In this document: piece after piece, positions 1-11,979 of the stretch
How positions within the stretch are numbered: position 1 is the first letter of the stretch
Layout of the letters: each line of letters opens with the position of its first letter
Assembly: GCA_964416175.1 (NCBI GenBank)
Contig: CAYQDF010000007.1
Coordinates: 1-62,937, forward strand
Source of the DNA: an uncultured Anaerolineaceae bacterium
GTDB lineage: Bacteria > Chloroflexota > Anaerolineae > Anaerolineales > UBA4823
Length of the DNA stretch: 62,937 nucleotides
Direction of reading: 5' to 3'
Notes under the pieces: generated by a model
What the model saw: only the letters and a program-made list of their open reading frames with translations
Database searches by the model: none
What the model was told of the DNA's origin: nothing
Translations under genes and position numbers: made by a program

Positions 1-50
1 TCCGCTCAGCGCGCTGCGACTACACTCCGCTCTGAACAGCGCGTGGCTGG
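1..50. repeat. two tandem copies of the CTCCGCTC-AGCGCGCTGG motif at the window edge
   Basis: 1-16 is identical to 11259-11274. 23-50 is a variant (cactccgctcTGAAcagcgcgTggctgg). Confidence 0.5.
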
Positions 51-70
51 AAACCTGCTGTTTTCCCAGG

Positions 71-76
71 TATAAT
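71..76 (+). promoter_or_regulatory. -10 box upstream of ino1
   Basis: TATAAT 124 nt upstream of the ATG. Weak -35 (CTGGAA). Confidence 0.4.
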
Positions 77-199
77 GACCGGTGTCCGGCGGGCTTAGAA
101 GGTCGTCCATTACCGCTGGAATCCCGAGATACTCAGCAGAGCTCTGTCCCCTGGTGGCAGGGTTTTGCGTGTAGACAATTTTCCCATCTGGAGAGCATC

Positions 200-1282
200 A
201 TGGCAGAGAAGAACAAAGTACGTGTGGCTATCATCGGAGTCGGAAATTGCGCTTCAGCGCTGGTCCAGGGGGTCCAATTTTATCGGAAGGCAAAAGAAAA
301 AGACCTGGTTCCGGGACTGATGCACACGAACCTGGGCGGCTACCACGTCGGTGACATCGAGTTCACGGCAGCTTTCGACGTGGTGGACACCAAAGTCTGT
401 CGCGACCTTTCTGAGGCGATCTTCGCCTTCCCAAACAACACCATCAAATTCGCCGACGTCCCTCCTTTGAATGTGCCGGTCGCCCGCGGCATGACGCACG
501 ACGGATTGGGGAAATACCTCTCCCAGATCGTGAAAAAAGCTCCTGGCCCGACCGCAGATATCATCGGCATCCTGAAGGAAACCCATACCGACGTGGTGGT
601 GAATTTCCTGCCGGTCGGTTCCGAGATGGCGACCAAATGGTACGTCGAGCAGGTGCTGGAGGCTGGCTGCGCTTTCGTGAACGCCATCCCTGTGTTCATC
701 GCCAGTTCCGAGTACTGGTCACGCCGCTTCCGCGAGCGCGGGCTGCCTATCATCGGCGACGATGTCAAGAGCCAGGTCGGCGCGACGATCCTGCACCGTG
801 TGCTGACGAGCCTGTTCGTCGACCGCGGGGTGCGGCTCGACCACACCTACCAGCTGAACTTCGGCGGCAACACCGATTTTCTGAATATGCTCGAGCGCGA
901 GCGGTTGGAATCGAAGAAGATCTCCAAGACAGGCGCGGTGACCAGCATGCTGCCGTACGCACTATCCGAGGCAGACGTCCATGTCGGGCCGAGCGACCAC
1001 GTGCCGTGGCTCACCGACCGCAAGTGGTGCTACGTGCGCATGGAGGGGACGACCTTCGGGGATGTGCCCCTCAACCTGGAAGCCAAGCTCGAGGTCTGGG
1101 ATTCGCCGAATTCGGCAGGGGTGATCATCGACGCGGTCCGCTGTGCCAAGCTGGCTCTCGACCGCGGGATCTCCGGTCCTTTGATAGGTCCATCTGCCTA
1201 CTTAATGAAAACTCCTCCAACGCAGTTCCGGGACGACGTGGCCCGCGAGATGACCGAGGCGTTCATCAAAGGCGAGGGGTGA
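200..1282 (+). CDS. ino1: myo-inositol-1-phosphate (inositol-3-phosphate) synthase
   Basis: 360-aa ORF. N-terminal Rossmann motif [16 protein letters not shown] and the [11 protein letters not shown] block are typical of short bacterial/archaeal MIPS enzymes. Confidence 0.85.
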   Translation: MAEKNKVRVAIIGVGNCASALVQGVQFYRKAKEKDLVPGLMHTNLGGYHVGDIEFTAAFDVVDTKVCRDLSEAIFAFPNNTIKFADVPPLNVPVARGMTHDGLGKYLSQIVKKAPGPTADIIGILKETHTDVVVNFLPVGSEMATKWYVEQVLEAGCAFVNAIPVFIASSEYWSRRFRERGLPIIGDDVKSQVGATILHRVLTSLFVDRGVRLDHTYQLNFGGNTDFLNMLERERLESKKISKTGAVTSMLPYALSEADVHVGPSDHVPWLTDRKWCYVRMEGTTFGDVPLNLEAKLEVWDSPNSAGVIIDAVRCAKLALDRGISGPLIGPSAYLMKTPPTQFRDDVAREMTEAFIKGEG

Positions 1283-1288
1283 GACAAA

Positions 1289-1297
1289 TGGTATAAT
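1289..1297 (+). promoter_or_regulatory. extended -10 promoter of yebC-ruvC-ruvA
   Basis: TGGTATAAT, 30 nt upstream of the yebC ATG. Confidence 0.55.
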
Positions 1298-1326
1298 CAC
1301 CGTACTCAGGACCAGGAGAGGTATCC

Positions 1327-2082
1327 ATGTCAGGTCATTCCAAGTGGTCGACGATCAAGCGCAAGAAAGGCGCTGCGGATGCCAGGCGCGGCCAGCTGTT
1401 CACCCGCCTGGCGCGGGAGATCTCCATCGCTGCCCGGCAGGGCGGCGGGGACCCCGAAGCGAACTTTCGCTTGAGGCTGGCAATCGATCGGGCCCGGACG
1501 AACAACATGCCCAAAGACAACATCGAGCGGGCCATCACGCGCGGCACCGGAGAAGGCAAGGAAGGCGAAAGCCTGGAAGAAGTCTTCTACGAGGGCTACG
1601 GACCCCACGGCGTGGCCCTGATGATCGAATGCGTCACCGACAACCGCAAACGGGCTGTGGCGGAGATACGCCATGTCCTGACCCGCTTCGGCGGAAGCAT
1701 GGGCGAGACGGGGTCAGTCAGCTGGCAGTTCAACCGGATGGCGTATTTTTCCTTCCCGGATGACGGAGTCGACCAGGACAAGATCTTTGAGCTGGCAGTC
1801 GAGGCAGGCGCTGACGACGTCGCTTTTGAAGACGGCTATGTCGAGATCACCGGCTCCATCGAAAACTTTAAGGCGATCAGCGATTCGCTGGGATCGGCGA
1901 AGATCGAGCCGGAGGAGGCCGGGCTGCGCATGGTGCCGACCAATGAGATTGAACTGGACCCTGCGGAAACAGCCCAGGTGCTGCGGGTGATCGAAGCGCT
2001 CGAAGAGCTCGACGACGTCCAAAACGTTTACTCGAACCTCCGCATCACCGACGAAGCCCTGGCCCAGCTGGAGGCGGCGTGA
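1327..2082 (+). CDS. yebC: YebC/PmpR family DNA-binding transcriptional regulator
   Basis: N-terminus MSGHSKWSTIKRKKGAADARRGQLF is the family hallmark. 251 aa. RBS AGGAGAG lies upstream. Confidence 0.9.
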   Translation: MSGHSKWSTIKRKKGAADARRGQLFTRLAREISIAARQGGGDPEANFRLRLAIDRARTNNMPKDNIERAITRGTGEGKEGESLEEVFYEGYGPHGVALMIECVTDNRKRAVAEIRHVLTRFGGSMGETGSVSWQFNRMAYFSFPDDGVDQDKIFELAVEAGADDVAFEDGYVEITGSIENFKAISDSLGSAKIEPEEAGLRMVPTNEIELDPAETAQVLRVIEALEELDDVQNVYSNLRITDEALAQLEAA

Positions 2083-2089
2083 CCTCCGC

Positions 2090-2578
2090 ATGCTGGTCAT
2101 TGGCATCGATCCAGGAACGGCGATCACGGGATACGGGCTCGTCAGGGAAGAGGCGGATGGAAGCCTCGCCGTTGTAGATTACGGGGCGATCCTCACCCCG
2201 CCGGACCAGCCGATGTACCGGCGGCTGCGCCTGCTCTACCAGGACCTGCTTGAATTATTGCATCTCCACCATCCCGACTCGGGCGCGGTGGAGAAATTGT
2301 TTTTCGCCCGCAATGCACGCACAGCTTTGAGCGTGGGCCAGGCGCGTGGGGTGGCGCTGCTGGCGCTGGCAGAGCAGGAAGTTCCCCTGGTGGAATACAC
2401 GCCGCTGGAGGTCAAGCAGGCTGTGGTAGGCTATGGGGGAGCGGGTAAGAAGCAGGTACAGCAGATGGTGCGCGCTCTTCTGGGGCTTGAGGAGCTGCCC
2501 CAGCCGGACGATGCGGCGGATGCGCTGGCGATCGCGATCTGCCATGTGCACAGCGCGCGGATGCGCGCCCTGGAATGA
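2090..2578 (+). CDS. ruvC: crossover junction endodeoxyribonuclease RuvC
   Basis: MLVIGIDPGTAITGYG (RNase H-like fold with catalytic Asp) and C-terminal DAADALAIAICH. 162 aa. 7 nt after yebC. Confidence 0.9.
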   Translation: MLVIGIDPGTAITGYGLVREEADGSLAVVDYGAILTPPDQPMYRRLRLLYQDLLELLHLHHPDSGAVEKLFFARNARTALSVGQARGVALLALAEQEVPLVEYTPLEVKQAVVGYGGAGKKQVQQMVRALLGLEELPQPDDAADALAIAICHVHSARMRALE

Positions 2579-2588
2579 ACGGGGAGAG

Positions 2589-2780
2589 ATGCGCATAGCC
2601 AATAACCTGGCCAATATTGAGCGGTATTACCGTCGCCTGGCGGATGCGGACGGGCGGTGGCTGGCGTATCGGGGACCGAAAGGCCGGGAGTATTTCGAGC
2701 TCGAGCCAGCCGGCGAGCCGGGGCGCTGGAACACCCTGCGCGCCCTGCGTGTCCTGAAATGGTGGGAGGGCGAAGGGTGA
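2589..2780 (+). CDS. small hypothetical protein (63 aa) wedged between ruvC and ruvA
   Basis: ATG at 2589 is the first Met after the ruvC stop, in the frame of ORF 2433..2780. Its TGA overlaps the ruvA GTG (GTGA at 2777-2780). No recognised domain. Confidence 0.35.
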   Translation: MRIANNLANIERYYRRLADADGRWLAYRGPKGREYFELEPAGEPGRWNTLRALRVLKWWEGEG

Positions 2781-3352
2781 TCGCCACGTTGAGCGGCAAG
2801 GTTTTCCACGTCGAGCCAGGGAGCCTGGTTGTGGAGGTCGGCGGCGTGGGGCTGCTCGTGAACGTTCCGGCGCCGCTCGCCGACCAGATCGCGCCAGGGG
2901 ATCCGGTGTTCTTATTCACGCATCTGGTGGTGCGCCAGGATGCCCTGACTCTCTACGGCTTTGAGACGGCGGAGAGCCGGGAGCTGTTCACGCTGCTGCT
3001 GGGTGTGGAAGGCATTGGACCGCGGCTTGCGCTCGCGGTCCTTTCCACGCTGAGCCCCGACGCGATCCGCCGGGCGGTGTTCAACGAGCAGGCGGAGGTG
3101 TTCAGCCGGGTCCCGGGAGTGGGGAAGAAGACTGCGCAGAAGATCCTGCTCAGCCTGCAGGACAGGATCCCCGGCGTGGAGGGATTGGTGCCGCTGGCGG
3201 CGATGAGCGACGCCGATAGCGAGGTGCTAAGCGCGCTGATCGCGCTCGGGTACAGCGTGGTCGAAGCCCAGGCCGCACTGCAATCCATTCCACGCGACGC
3301 GCCGCAGGATGTCGAGACCCGGCTGAGACTTGCCCTGCAGTATTTCAGCTAA
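2777..3352 (+). CDS. ruvA: Holliday junction DNA helicase subunit RuvA
   Basis: From the GTG at 2777 the protein starts VIATLSGKV..., the canonical RuvA N-terminus. HhH motifs (GIGPRLALAVL, VPGVGKKTAQKI) are present. The upstream 40 codons of ORF 2657..3352 look like a spurious extension. Confidence 0.85.
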   Translation: MIATLSGKVFHVEPGSLVVEVGGVGLLVNVPAPLADQIAPGDPVFLFTHLVVRQDALTLYGFETAESRELFTLLLGVEGIGPRLALAVLSTLSPDAIRRAVFNEQAEVFSRVPGVGKKTAQKILLSLQDRIPGVEGLVPLAAMSDADSEVLSALIALGYSVVEAQAALQSIPRDAPQDVETRLRLALQYFS

Positions 3353-3358
3353 AAGGAG

Positions 3359-4234
3359 GTGGAAATCTTGTTCGAGAATCGCAAGATCGCATTTATTGGG
3401 CCGGGGGTCATGGCGGAGGCGATGATCGCTGGCCTTATTCGCCAGGGGGTCGCCAGCCCGGCTTCTTTGATCGCCTCGGGACCGCGGCCGGAACGCGGCG
3501 AGGAGCTCAAAGCGCGCTACGGGATCGAGGCCTGCACGGACAACGCCGCAGCTGCCCGCATGGCGGATATGGTCGTGCTGTCGGTGAAGCCGCAGCGGCT
3601 GGATGGGGTCCTGTCCGGGATGCGTGGGGCGATCCAGCCACACGCTCTGGTGCTTTCGATCGTCGCCGGGGCACCGATCAGCAAGATCGCCGGCATCCTG
3701 GAGCATGAGGCCGTGGTGCGCTCGATGCCCAACACCCCCGCTCAGATCGGGGAGGGGATCACGGTCTGGACAGCCGCCCCTGCGGTGTCTCCGGAGCAGA
3801 GGGAGATGGCGCGCCAGGTGCTCAGTGCGCTCGGACAGGAGATCTTCATGGAAGAGGAGACCTATTTGAACATGGCGACTGCGCTCTCTGGCACCGGGCC
3901 GGCTTACGTCTTCCTCTTCATGGAAGCGATGGTCGATGCCGGCGTGCACCTGGGGTTTCCCCGCCGGGTGGCCGAACAGCTCGTCGCCCAGACTGTGCGC
4001 GGCTCGGTGGATTTTTACTCACGGTCCGACAACCCGACCCACCTGGCTCACCTGCGCAACCAGGTTACTTCACCCGGCGGTACATCGGCCGCGGCCCTTT
4101 ATTACCTGGAGAAAGCTGGCTTCAGGACCGCCATTTCCCGGGCGATCTGGGCAGCATACGAACGCTCCCGGGAGCTGGGAAGGGACGCCAAAGCGCACTG
4201 GCCGGAGAAAATTGAGACAAAGGAGGAAGGGTGA
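3359..4234 (+). CDS. proC: pyrroline-5-carboxylate reductase
   Basis: IAFIGPGVMAEAMIAG NAD(P)-binding motif and the C-terminal VTSPGGTSAAAL signature. GTG start after AGGAGG. Confidence 0.85.
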   Translation: MEILFENRKIAFIGPGVMAEAMIAGLIRQGVASPASLIASGPRPERGEELKARYGIEACTDNAAAARMADMVVLSVKPQRLDGVLSGMRGAIQPHALVLSIVAGAPISKIAGILEHEAVVRSMPNTPAQIGEGITVWTAAPAVSPEQREMARQVLSALGQEIFMEEETYLNMATALSGTGPAYVFLFMEAMVDAGVHLGFPRRVAEQLVAQTVRGSVDFYSRSDNPTHLAHLRNQVTSPGGTSAAALYYLEKAGFRTAISRAIWAAYERSRELGRDAKAHWPEKIETKEEG

Positions 4235-4323
4235 GAGATGAAAAAAGATGGAGGGAGCACCCTGCTTGTGAATAACTGGACAATATGGACGCTTTCAGGT
4301 ATCATTCGACCGACATACGGGTG

Positions 4324-4404
4324 CTGTCAGGCGCGCAGACTGAGTACTGGCGATGCACCGTCTCAGGGCAGGGAGTCTGAACTCTTCCTGTCAGGCGCGC
4401 AAAC
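4324..4404 (+). repeat. direct repeat pair inside the proC/M42 gap
   Basis: ctgtcaggcgcgcagac (4324-4340) and ctgtcaggcgcgcaaac (4388-4404), 16 of 17 identical, 64 nt apart. Confidence 0.7.
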
Positions 4405-4594
4405 CCTGTGATCCCACTGAGATCGGTAATGCCGTTTCAGGTGAACCTCCCGCCGGGTCTAACCAGCTGAAAAGTTCCTGGGGCGAGCACCTGCGCCAAG
4501 AAGGATTGCTTCCTGAGGAATTGCCTGCGGGAGGTTTACAAGTGACCGGTTCTTAATTCTGGTCAAAGACCTAACAACAGGGACGATACTTATT

Positions 4595-5668
4595 ATGGCT
4601 GACGAAACACTCCAATTGCTTAAGGAATTGACGGAAGCGCATGGTGTTCCGGGCTACGAAGCGCCGGTCCGCGAGATTGTGCGGAGATACCTGGAACCCC
4701 TGGGGACGCTCACCCAGGATAAGATCGGCAGTGTGATCTGTGAGAAGCGCGGCGCGGCGAGCGCTCCGAAGGTCATGCTCGCCGGGCACATGGACGAGAT
4801 CGGTTTCATGGTCAAGTTCATCACCAAGGAAGGCTTCATCAACTTCCTGCCGCTCGGCGGCTGGTTCGACCAGGTTCTCCTGGGGCAGCGGGTGGTGATC
4901 AAGACCCGTAAAGGTGACGTGATCGGGGTCATCGGCGCCAAACCTCCCCACCTCCTCCCCCCAGACCAGCGGGACAAAGTCGTCAAGAAGCAGGACATGT
5001 ACATCGACATCGGCGCCACCAGCCAGGAAGAAGTCGAAGCGGTCGGCGTGCGCCCGGGTGACCCGGTGATCCCGCGTGCTGATTTCGTGCCGCTCCTGGA
5101 CGGGAAGACTTATCTCTCGAAAGCTTTCGACGACCGGGTAGGGACCGCCCTGGTCGTTTCGACTCTGCAAGGACTGCAGGGTGTTGAACACCCCAACACG
5201 ATCTACGGAGTCGCCACGGTCATGGAAGAAGTTGGAGTCCGTGGAGCCACAACCAGCGTGCGGGCCGTCGATCCGGACGTTGCCATCGTGCTCGAATCGG
5301 ATATTGCCGGGGATGTGCCGGGGATCAAGCCCGAGGAGTCCTCCATCAAGCTGGGCAAAGGGCCAACGGTGATGATCTACGACGCACGGATGATCCCCAA
5401 TCTGAGATTACGTGACCTGGCGATGGAGGTTGCCTCCCAGCTGGGAGTGCCTCTGCAAACGTCCTACGTCGAAGGCGGAGCGACGGATGGCGCTGCCATC
5501 CATCTGCACAGCACGGGAGTGCCGACCGTAGTGATCGGTGTGGCTGCGCGCCACATCCACTCGCACAGCTCGATTATCAACCGCCAGGATTACGATGGCG
5601 CGGTCAGGCTGCTCGTGGAGCTTGTCAGACGGCTGGACGCCAACACGGTTGCAGGCCTGACTGGCTGA
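4595..5668 (+). CDS. M42 family metallopeptidase (glutamyl aminopeptidase / FrvX-like)
   Basis: N-terminus [22 protein letters not shown] and DDRVG motifs are typical of the M42 family. 357 aa. Confidence 0.85.
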   Translation: MADETLQLLKELTEAHGVPGYEAPVREIVRRYLEPLGTLTQDKIGSVICEKRGAASAPKVMLAGHMDEIGFMVKFITKEGFINFLPLGGWFDQVLLGQRVVIKTRKGDVIGVIGAKPPHLLPPDQRDKVVKKQDMYIDIGATSQEEVEAVGVRPGDPVIPRADFVPLLDGKTYLSKAFDDRVGTALVVSTLQGLQGVEHPNTIYGVATVMEEVGVRGATTSVRAVDPDVAIVLESDIAGDVPGIKPEESSIKLGKGPTVMIYDARMIPNLRLRDLAMEVASQLGVPLQTSYVEGGATDGAAIHLHSTGVPTVVIGVAARHIHSHSSIINRQDYDGAVRLLVELVRRLDANTVAGLTG

Positions 5669-5685
5669 CGGACAATGGAGGATGG

Positions 5686-7347
5686 ATGTCGGACTTAATC
5701 GGTAATATCACAGCGGAACTCAAGAAGCAAATAGAAACCTTTGAGCCGCGCGTCGGGTTGGCTGACGTGGGGACAGTCGTGGAGGCTGGAGACGGCATTG
5801 CCCGGGTGGATGGCCTTTCAGCCGTGCGGGCGCAGGAGCTCGTCCAGTTCGCAAACGGGGTGATCGGCATCGCCTTCAACCTGGAAGAGGACAGCGTGGG
5901 CGTGATCATCATGGGTGAGTATTCCGGGATCCAGGAGGGGATGACTGTACGTTCCACCGGACGGATCGCTTCCGTCCCGGTCGGGGATGCGCTGATCGGG
6001 CGGGTGGTCAACGCCCTGGGACAGCCCGTGGATGGCAAAGGTCCGATCAAGACCGAACGCTACCGGCCTATCGAGCGCATCGCGCCGGGAGTGGTTGCCA
6101 GGAAGGATGTGGACACGCCCGTACTGACCGGACTGAAAGCGATCGACGCGATGACCCCGATCGGGCGTGGGCAGCGCGAGTTGATCATCGGAGACCGGCA
6201 GACTGGTAAGACAGCCATCGCCATCGATGCCATCATCAATCAAAAAGGTAAAGACCTGCTCTGCATCTACGTTGCGATCGGGCAGAAAAAAGCGGGCATC
6301 GCCCGCACGGTGGACATCCTCGCCCGCCACGGCGCGATGGATTACACGACCGTCGTGGTCGCTGCGGCGGACGAACCGGCTGCCTTGCAGTATATCGCCC
6401 CGTATGCCGGATGTGCCATGGGCGAGGAATTCATGGAGTCCGGGCGCGATGCGCTGGTGGTGTACGACGACCTGTCGAAGCATGCCTGGGCGTACCGGCA
6501 GGTGTCCCTTCTGCTGCGCCGGCCCCCGGGACGGGAAGCATATCCGGGCGACGTGTTCTACCTGCATTCACGCCTGCTCGAGCGGGCTGCCCGCCTGGCG
6601 GACAAATATGTCATCGTTAAGAAGGATTTTCCCGGCCAGCTCGCAGAAGAAAAAGACTCCGTCGACGGCAGGGTCTTCCTGGGACCGATTGCGCTGCACG
6701 AGGCTCAGCGAGCACTGAAGGAGATGCCGCAGGCCGAGGAGTACCGGATCGTCAATCTGGCCGGCTCCGGTGGGTCGCTGACCGCGCTCCCAATTATCGA
6801 GACTTTGCTCGGCGACGTGTCGGCGTACATCCCGACCAACGTGATCTCGATCACCGATGGCCAGATCTACCTCGAAGGCAACCTGTTCTATGCCGGCATC
6901 CGTCCGGCGATTAACGTCGGTCTCTCCGTCTCGCGGGTCGGCGGCGACGCCCAATACAAGGGTATGCGCCAGGTGGCCGGGCGGCTGAGACTGGACATGG
7001 CGGCCTTCCGAGAGCTGGCTGCTTTTGCCCAGTTTGGCTCTGACCTCGATAAAGCCACCCAGGCGCAGCTGAACCGCGGTTTGCACCTCCAGGAAATCCT
7101 GAAGCAGGCCCAGTATCGGCCGATGTCGTTTGAGGACCAGGTGATGGTCCTGTTTGCGGGGACGAACGGGTATGCCGATAATATCCCGCTGGACAGGATG
7201 CGCGGCTGGGAGACTGACCTGCTCAGGTACCTGGAGACGTCGCACCCCGAAATCGGCAGGGATATCGCCGAGAAGAAGCTCCTCACAGAGGAAAATCAGG
7301 CCGCCCTGCACGAGGCGATCAAAACTTTCAACTCGGCCTGGCGTTAA
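5686..7347 (+). CDS. atpA: F1 ATP synthase subunit alpha (with internal insertion)
   Basis: Walker [18 protein letters not shown] and [12 protein letters not shown] blocks. 553 aa, longer than usual because of an insert after LLERAARL. Confidence 0.95.
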   Translation: MSDLIGNITAELKKQIETFEPRVGLADVGTVVEAGDGIARVDGLSAVRAQELVQFANGVIGIAFNLEEDSVGVIIMGEYSGIQEGMTVRSTGRIASVPVGDALIGRVVNALGQPVDGKGPIKTERYRPIERIAPGVVARKDVDTPVLTGLKAIDAMTPIGRGQRELIIGDRQTGKTAIAIDAIINQKGKDLLCIYVAIGQKKAGIARTVDILARHGAMDYTTVVVAAADEPAALQYIAPYAGCAMGEEFMESGRDALVVYDDLSKHAWAYRQVSLLLRRPPGREAYPGDVFYLHSRLLERAARLADKYVIVKKDFPGQLAEEKDSVDGRVFLGPIALHEAQRALKEMPQAEEYRIVNLAGSGGSLTALPIIETLLGDVSAYIPTNVISITDGQIYLEGNLFYAGIRPAINVGLSVSRVGGDAQYKGMRQVAGRLRLDMAAFRELAAFAQFGSDLDKATQAQLNRGLHLQEILKQAQYRPMSFEDQVMVLFAGTNGYADNIPLDRMRGWETDLLRYLETSHPEIGRDIAEKKLLTEENQAALHEAIKTFNSAWR

Positions 7348-7354
7348 GCTGCGT

Positions 7355-9677
<2,323 letters not shown>

Positions 9678-9685
9678 GACCCCGG

Positions 9686-10141
9686 ATGCCCATTCGCTGC
9701 GAAATCGTCTCACAGGACAGGATGGTATGGGAGGGGGACGCTGACATTATTATCGTCCCCGGCGTGGCCGGCGAGATGGGCATCCTGCCCAACCATGCCC
9801 CACTCCTCTCGACGCTGAAGTACGGCATCCTCACGATCCGGTCGAAAGGCCGGGAAGAGGTTTTCACCATCGCAGGAGGCGTCATCGAGGTTCAGCCGGA
9901 CCTGGTGACCGTTCTGGCGGATTCGGCTGAAAACGTGGCGGAGATTGACGTGGCGCGGGCGGAGGCTGCCCGGAGAAGGGCAGAGGAACTGCTCAAGCAA
10001 GGCCCGCCACCGGATACTGACGCTTATCTTAAACTCGAGGCCGCTCTGCGGCGGTCGAATCTGCGGCTGGAAGCAGTCCGGCGATTTCGAGGGGGGCAGG
10101 CCGGGCGGATGCCCAGGACCAGCGGTCCGGAAGCCGAATAG
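9686..10141 (+). CDS. atpC: F1 ATP synthase subunit epsilon
   Basis: Position after atpD. N-terminal beta-sandwich pattern (GEMGILPNHAPLLS) and a helical C-terminus. Confidence 0.85.
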   Translation: MPIRCEIVSQDRMVWEGDADIIIVPGVAGEMGILPNHAPLLSTLKYGILTIRSKGREEVFTIAGGVIEVQPDLVTVLADSAENVAEIDVARAEAARRRAEELLKQGPPPDTDAYLKLEAALRRSNLRLEAVRRFRGGQAGRMPRTSGPEAE

Positions 10142-10144
10142 ATT

Positions 10145-11158
10145 ATGGCGATCTTTTCCAAAGATCTCGGAATCGATCTCGGCACCATGTTCACCCGCAT
10201 CGCCGCCGGGAACAAGCTGGTGCTTGAAGAGCCGACAGTCGTCGCCATTGCACTTGAGGAACAGAAAATCGTCTCCATCGGCCAGGAAGCGCAGAACATG
10301 CTGGGCCGGGTGCCAGAATCGATCGAAGTCGCCCGCCCCATGCAGAACGGCGTGATCGCGGATTACGAGATCACCGAGAAGCTGCTGGAATATCTGATCC
10401 GGAAAGTCAGCGGCTCGGGGAGATTCTTCCGGCCGCGAGTGATGATCACGGTCCCGTATGGGGTGACCAGCGTTGAGAGCCGGGCGGTGCACGAAGCGGT
10501 CCTTCAGGCGGGAACCCGGGAGGGTTATCTGATCCAGCAGCCGCTTGCAGCGGCGCTTGGAATGGACCTCCCGATTGGGACGCCATCCGGCAACATGGTG
10601 CTCCTCCTCGGCGGCGGAACCACGCAGGCCGCCGTCCTGGCGATGTACGGAATCGTTGCGGCTGAATCGATCCGGGAAGGCGGACTGCAGCTGGATGAAG
10701 CTTTGATGGCGTATGTGCGGAAAAAATACGGGCTGATCATCGGCCAGCCGACCGCGGAACAGGTGAAGATCAAGATCGGATCGGCAATCCGCCAGGAGGA
10801 AGAGCGCAGCCTCGAGATCCAGGGGCAGGATCAGGTGACCGGCCTGCCCAAACCGCTCACGCTCACGAACGATGACATCGTCGATGCTTTCAAGGACACG
10901 TTGGAGGGATTTGTCGAAACAGCGCGCCGCGTCCTGGAGAAGACCCCGCCGGAACTGGTCTCTGACATCATCGACCGCGGCGTCGCCCTGTGCGGAGGGA
11001 CTTCTTTACTCCCAGGAATCGATCGCCTGATGACGAAGGAGCTGGGTGTGCCGGCTTACCTGGTGGATAACCCGCTCACCTGCGTTTCGGAGGGGGCGGT
11101 CCTCGCCCTGGATCCGACCATCTTCCCCAAAATCAGGCGTAATTTACCCCCCATGTGA
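10145..11158 (+). CDS. mreB: rod-shape determining actin homologue MreB
   Basis: DLGIDLGT phosphate-1 motif, GGGTTQ phosphate-2 motif, and GVALCGGTSLLPGID adenosine motif. 337 aa. Starts 3 nt after the atpC stop. Confidence 0.9.
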   Translation: MAIFSKDLGIDLGTMFTRIAAGNKLVLEEPTVVAIALEEQKIVSIGQEAQNMLGRVPESIEVARPMQNGVIADYEITEKLLEYLIRKVSGSGRFFRPRVMITVPYGVTSVESRAVHEAVLQAGTREGYLIQQPLAAALGMDLPIGTPSGNMVLLLGGGTTQAAVLAMYGIVAAESIREGGLQLDEALMAYVRKKYGLIIGQPTAEQVKIKIGSAIRQEEERSLEIQGQDQVTGLPKPLTLTNDDIVDAFKDTLEGFVETARRVLEKTPPELVSDIIDRGVALCGGTSLLPGIDRLMTKELGVPAYLVDNPLTCVSEGAVLALDPTIFPKIRRNLPPM

Positions 11159-11191
11159 ATTGTTTAATAGTTGCGCAGTTCAGGTGAAATT

Positions 11192-11275
11192 GGGGGTGTT
11201 TGAGCGGAACACGTCAAAGTCTCGAGTTTGCGAGGGAGTGGTCGCAGACGCCCGCCACTCCGCTCAGCGCGCTGG
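11192..11275. repeat. degenerate related element(s) in the mreB/rex gap
   Basis: GGGGGTGTTTGAGCGGAACAC (its reverse complement CCGCTCAAACACCCCC matches the core right half of copy B). Also GGAGTGG-N13-CCACTCC, and ACTCCGCTCAGCGCGCTGG. Confidence 0.5.
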
Positions 11276-11297
11276 TTTGTTTTATCCCGGATTCAAG

Positions 11298-11915
11298 TTA
11301 AAGATAATAAGTCATCCGCTGTAAGTGGATAACGGGATCGATGTATTGCACGTGAATCCCATCCGGCACGTTGATCGAGATAGGAGCGTAGTTGACGATT
11401 GCCCTGACACCCGCCTTAACCAGGCGATCTGCGACCCCCTGCGCTTCCGCACTGGGCACGGCGATCATGGCAATGACGATGTTGGCTTCGGTGATGAGCC
11501 TTTCGAGGTCTGCGGCATCCTGGATGATAAACTCGCCGATCTTCGTCCCGATCTTGGCCGGGTCGTTGTCGAAGATCATCGTGATCCGGAAGCCGCGGTT
11601 CTTCAGACCCTGATACCGAGCGACTGCGGATCCGATATCGCCCGCCCCCACGACGGCCACGTCCCACACCCGGTCGACTTTAAGGATGGCGCTTATCTGC
11701 TCGGAAAGATAATCTATGGAATAGCCAGTCCCCTGTTTCCCGAATTCACCGAACTGGGACAGATCTTTCCGGATCTGGGCTGCGGAAATACCGAGGCGCT
11801 CCCCGAGTTCCTGCGAGGAGGTCACCTTTCGCCCCTCCTCCAACATCCGCTGCAGCGCCCGCAAGTAAATCGGCAGGCGTCCGACGACGATGTCGGGAAT
11901 GATCTTAATCTCCAT
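11298..11915 (-). CDS. rex: redox-sensing transcriptional repressor Rex
   Basis: RLPIYLRAL, wHTH ISAAQIRKDLSQFGEFGKQGTGY, and Rossmann VAVVGAGDIGSA. Confidence 0.9.
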   Translation of the reverse strand: MEIKIIPDIVVGRLPIYLRALQRMLEEGRKVTSSQELGERLGISAAQIRKDLSQFGEFGKQGTGYSIDYLSEQISAILKVDRVWDVAVVGAGDIGSAVARYQGLKNRGFRITMIFDNDPAKIGTKIGEFIIQDAADLERLITEANIVIAMIAVPSAEAQGVADRLVKAGVRAIVNYAPISINVPDGIHVQYIDPVIHLQRMTYYL

Positions 11916-11979
11916 CTTTCCTCCTTGGCAGGTGAAAGCTGCGATCTGGAACGAAGAAATTTAACCACAAATTGTCCAT

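Noticed and set aside
2433-3352. Longer versions of ORFs 2433..2780 and 2657..3352
   Set aside because: The 5' parts overlap the ruvC coding sequence or give an Arg/Ala-rich extension with no similarity to the RuvA N-terminus. Internal starts at 2589 (ATG) and 2777 (GTG) give sensible proteins.
4300-4460. TPP or ZTP riboswitch (strings ACTGAGATCGGTAATGCCG and ACTGGCGA...CCGCCGGGTC)
   Set aside because: Only fragments of the conserved boxes are present, in the wrong order or overlapping. The CUGAGA and GAUC..UAAUGCC elements are fused, and there is no GGGG.GC P1/P2 or AGGGA tail. The downstream genes (peptidase, ATP synthase) are unrelated to thiamin or purine/folate metabolism.
4353-4556. 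67-aa ORF in the proC/M42 gap
   Set aside because: It has no RBS and an atypical composition, and it spans the repeat and stem elements that suggest RNA structure rather than coding.
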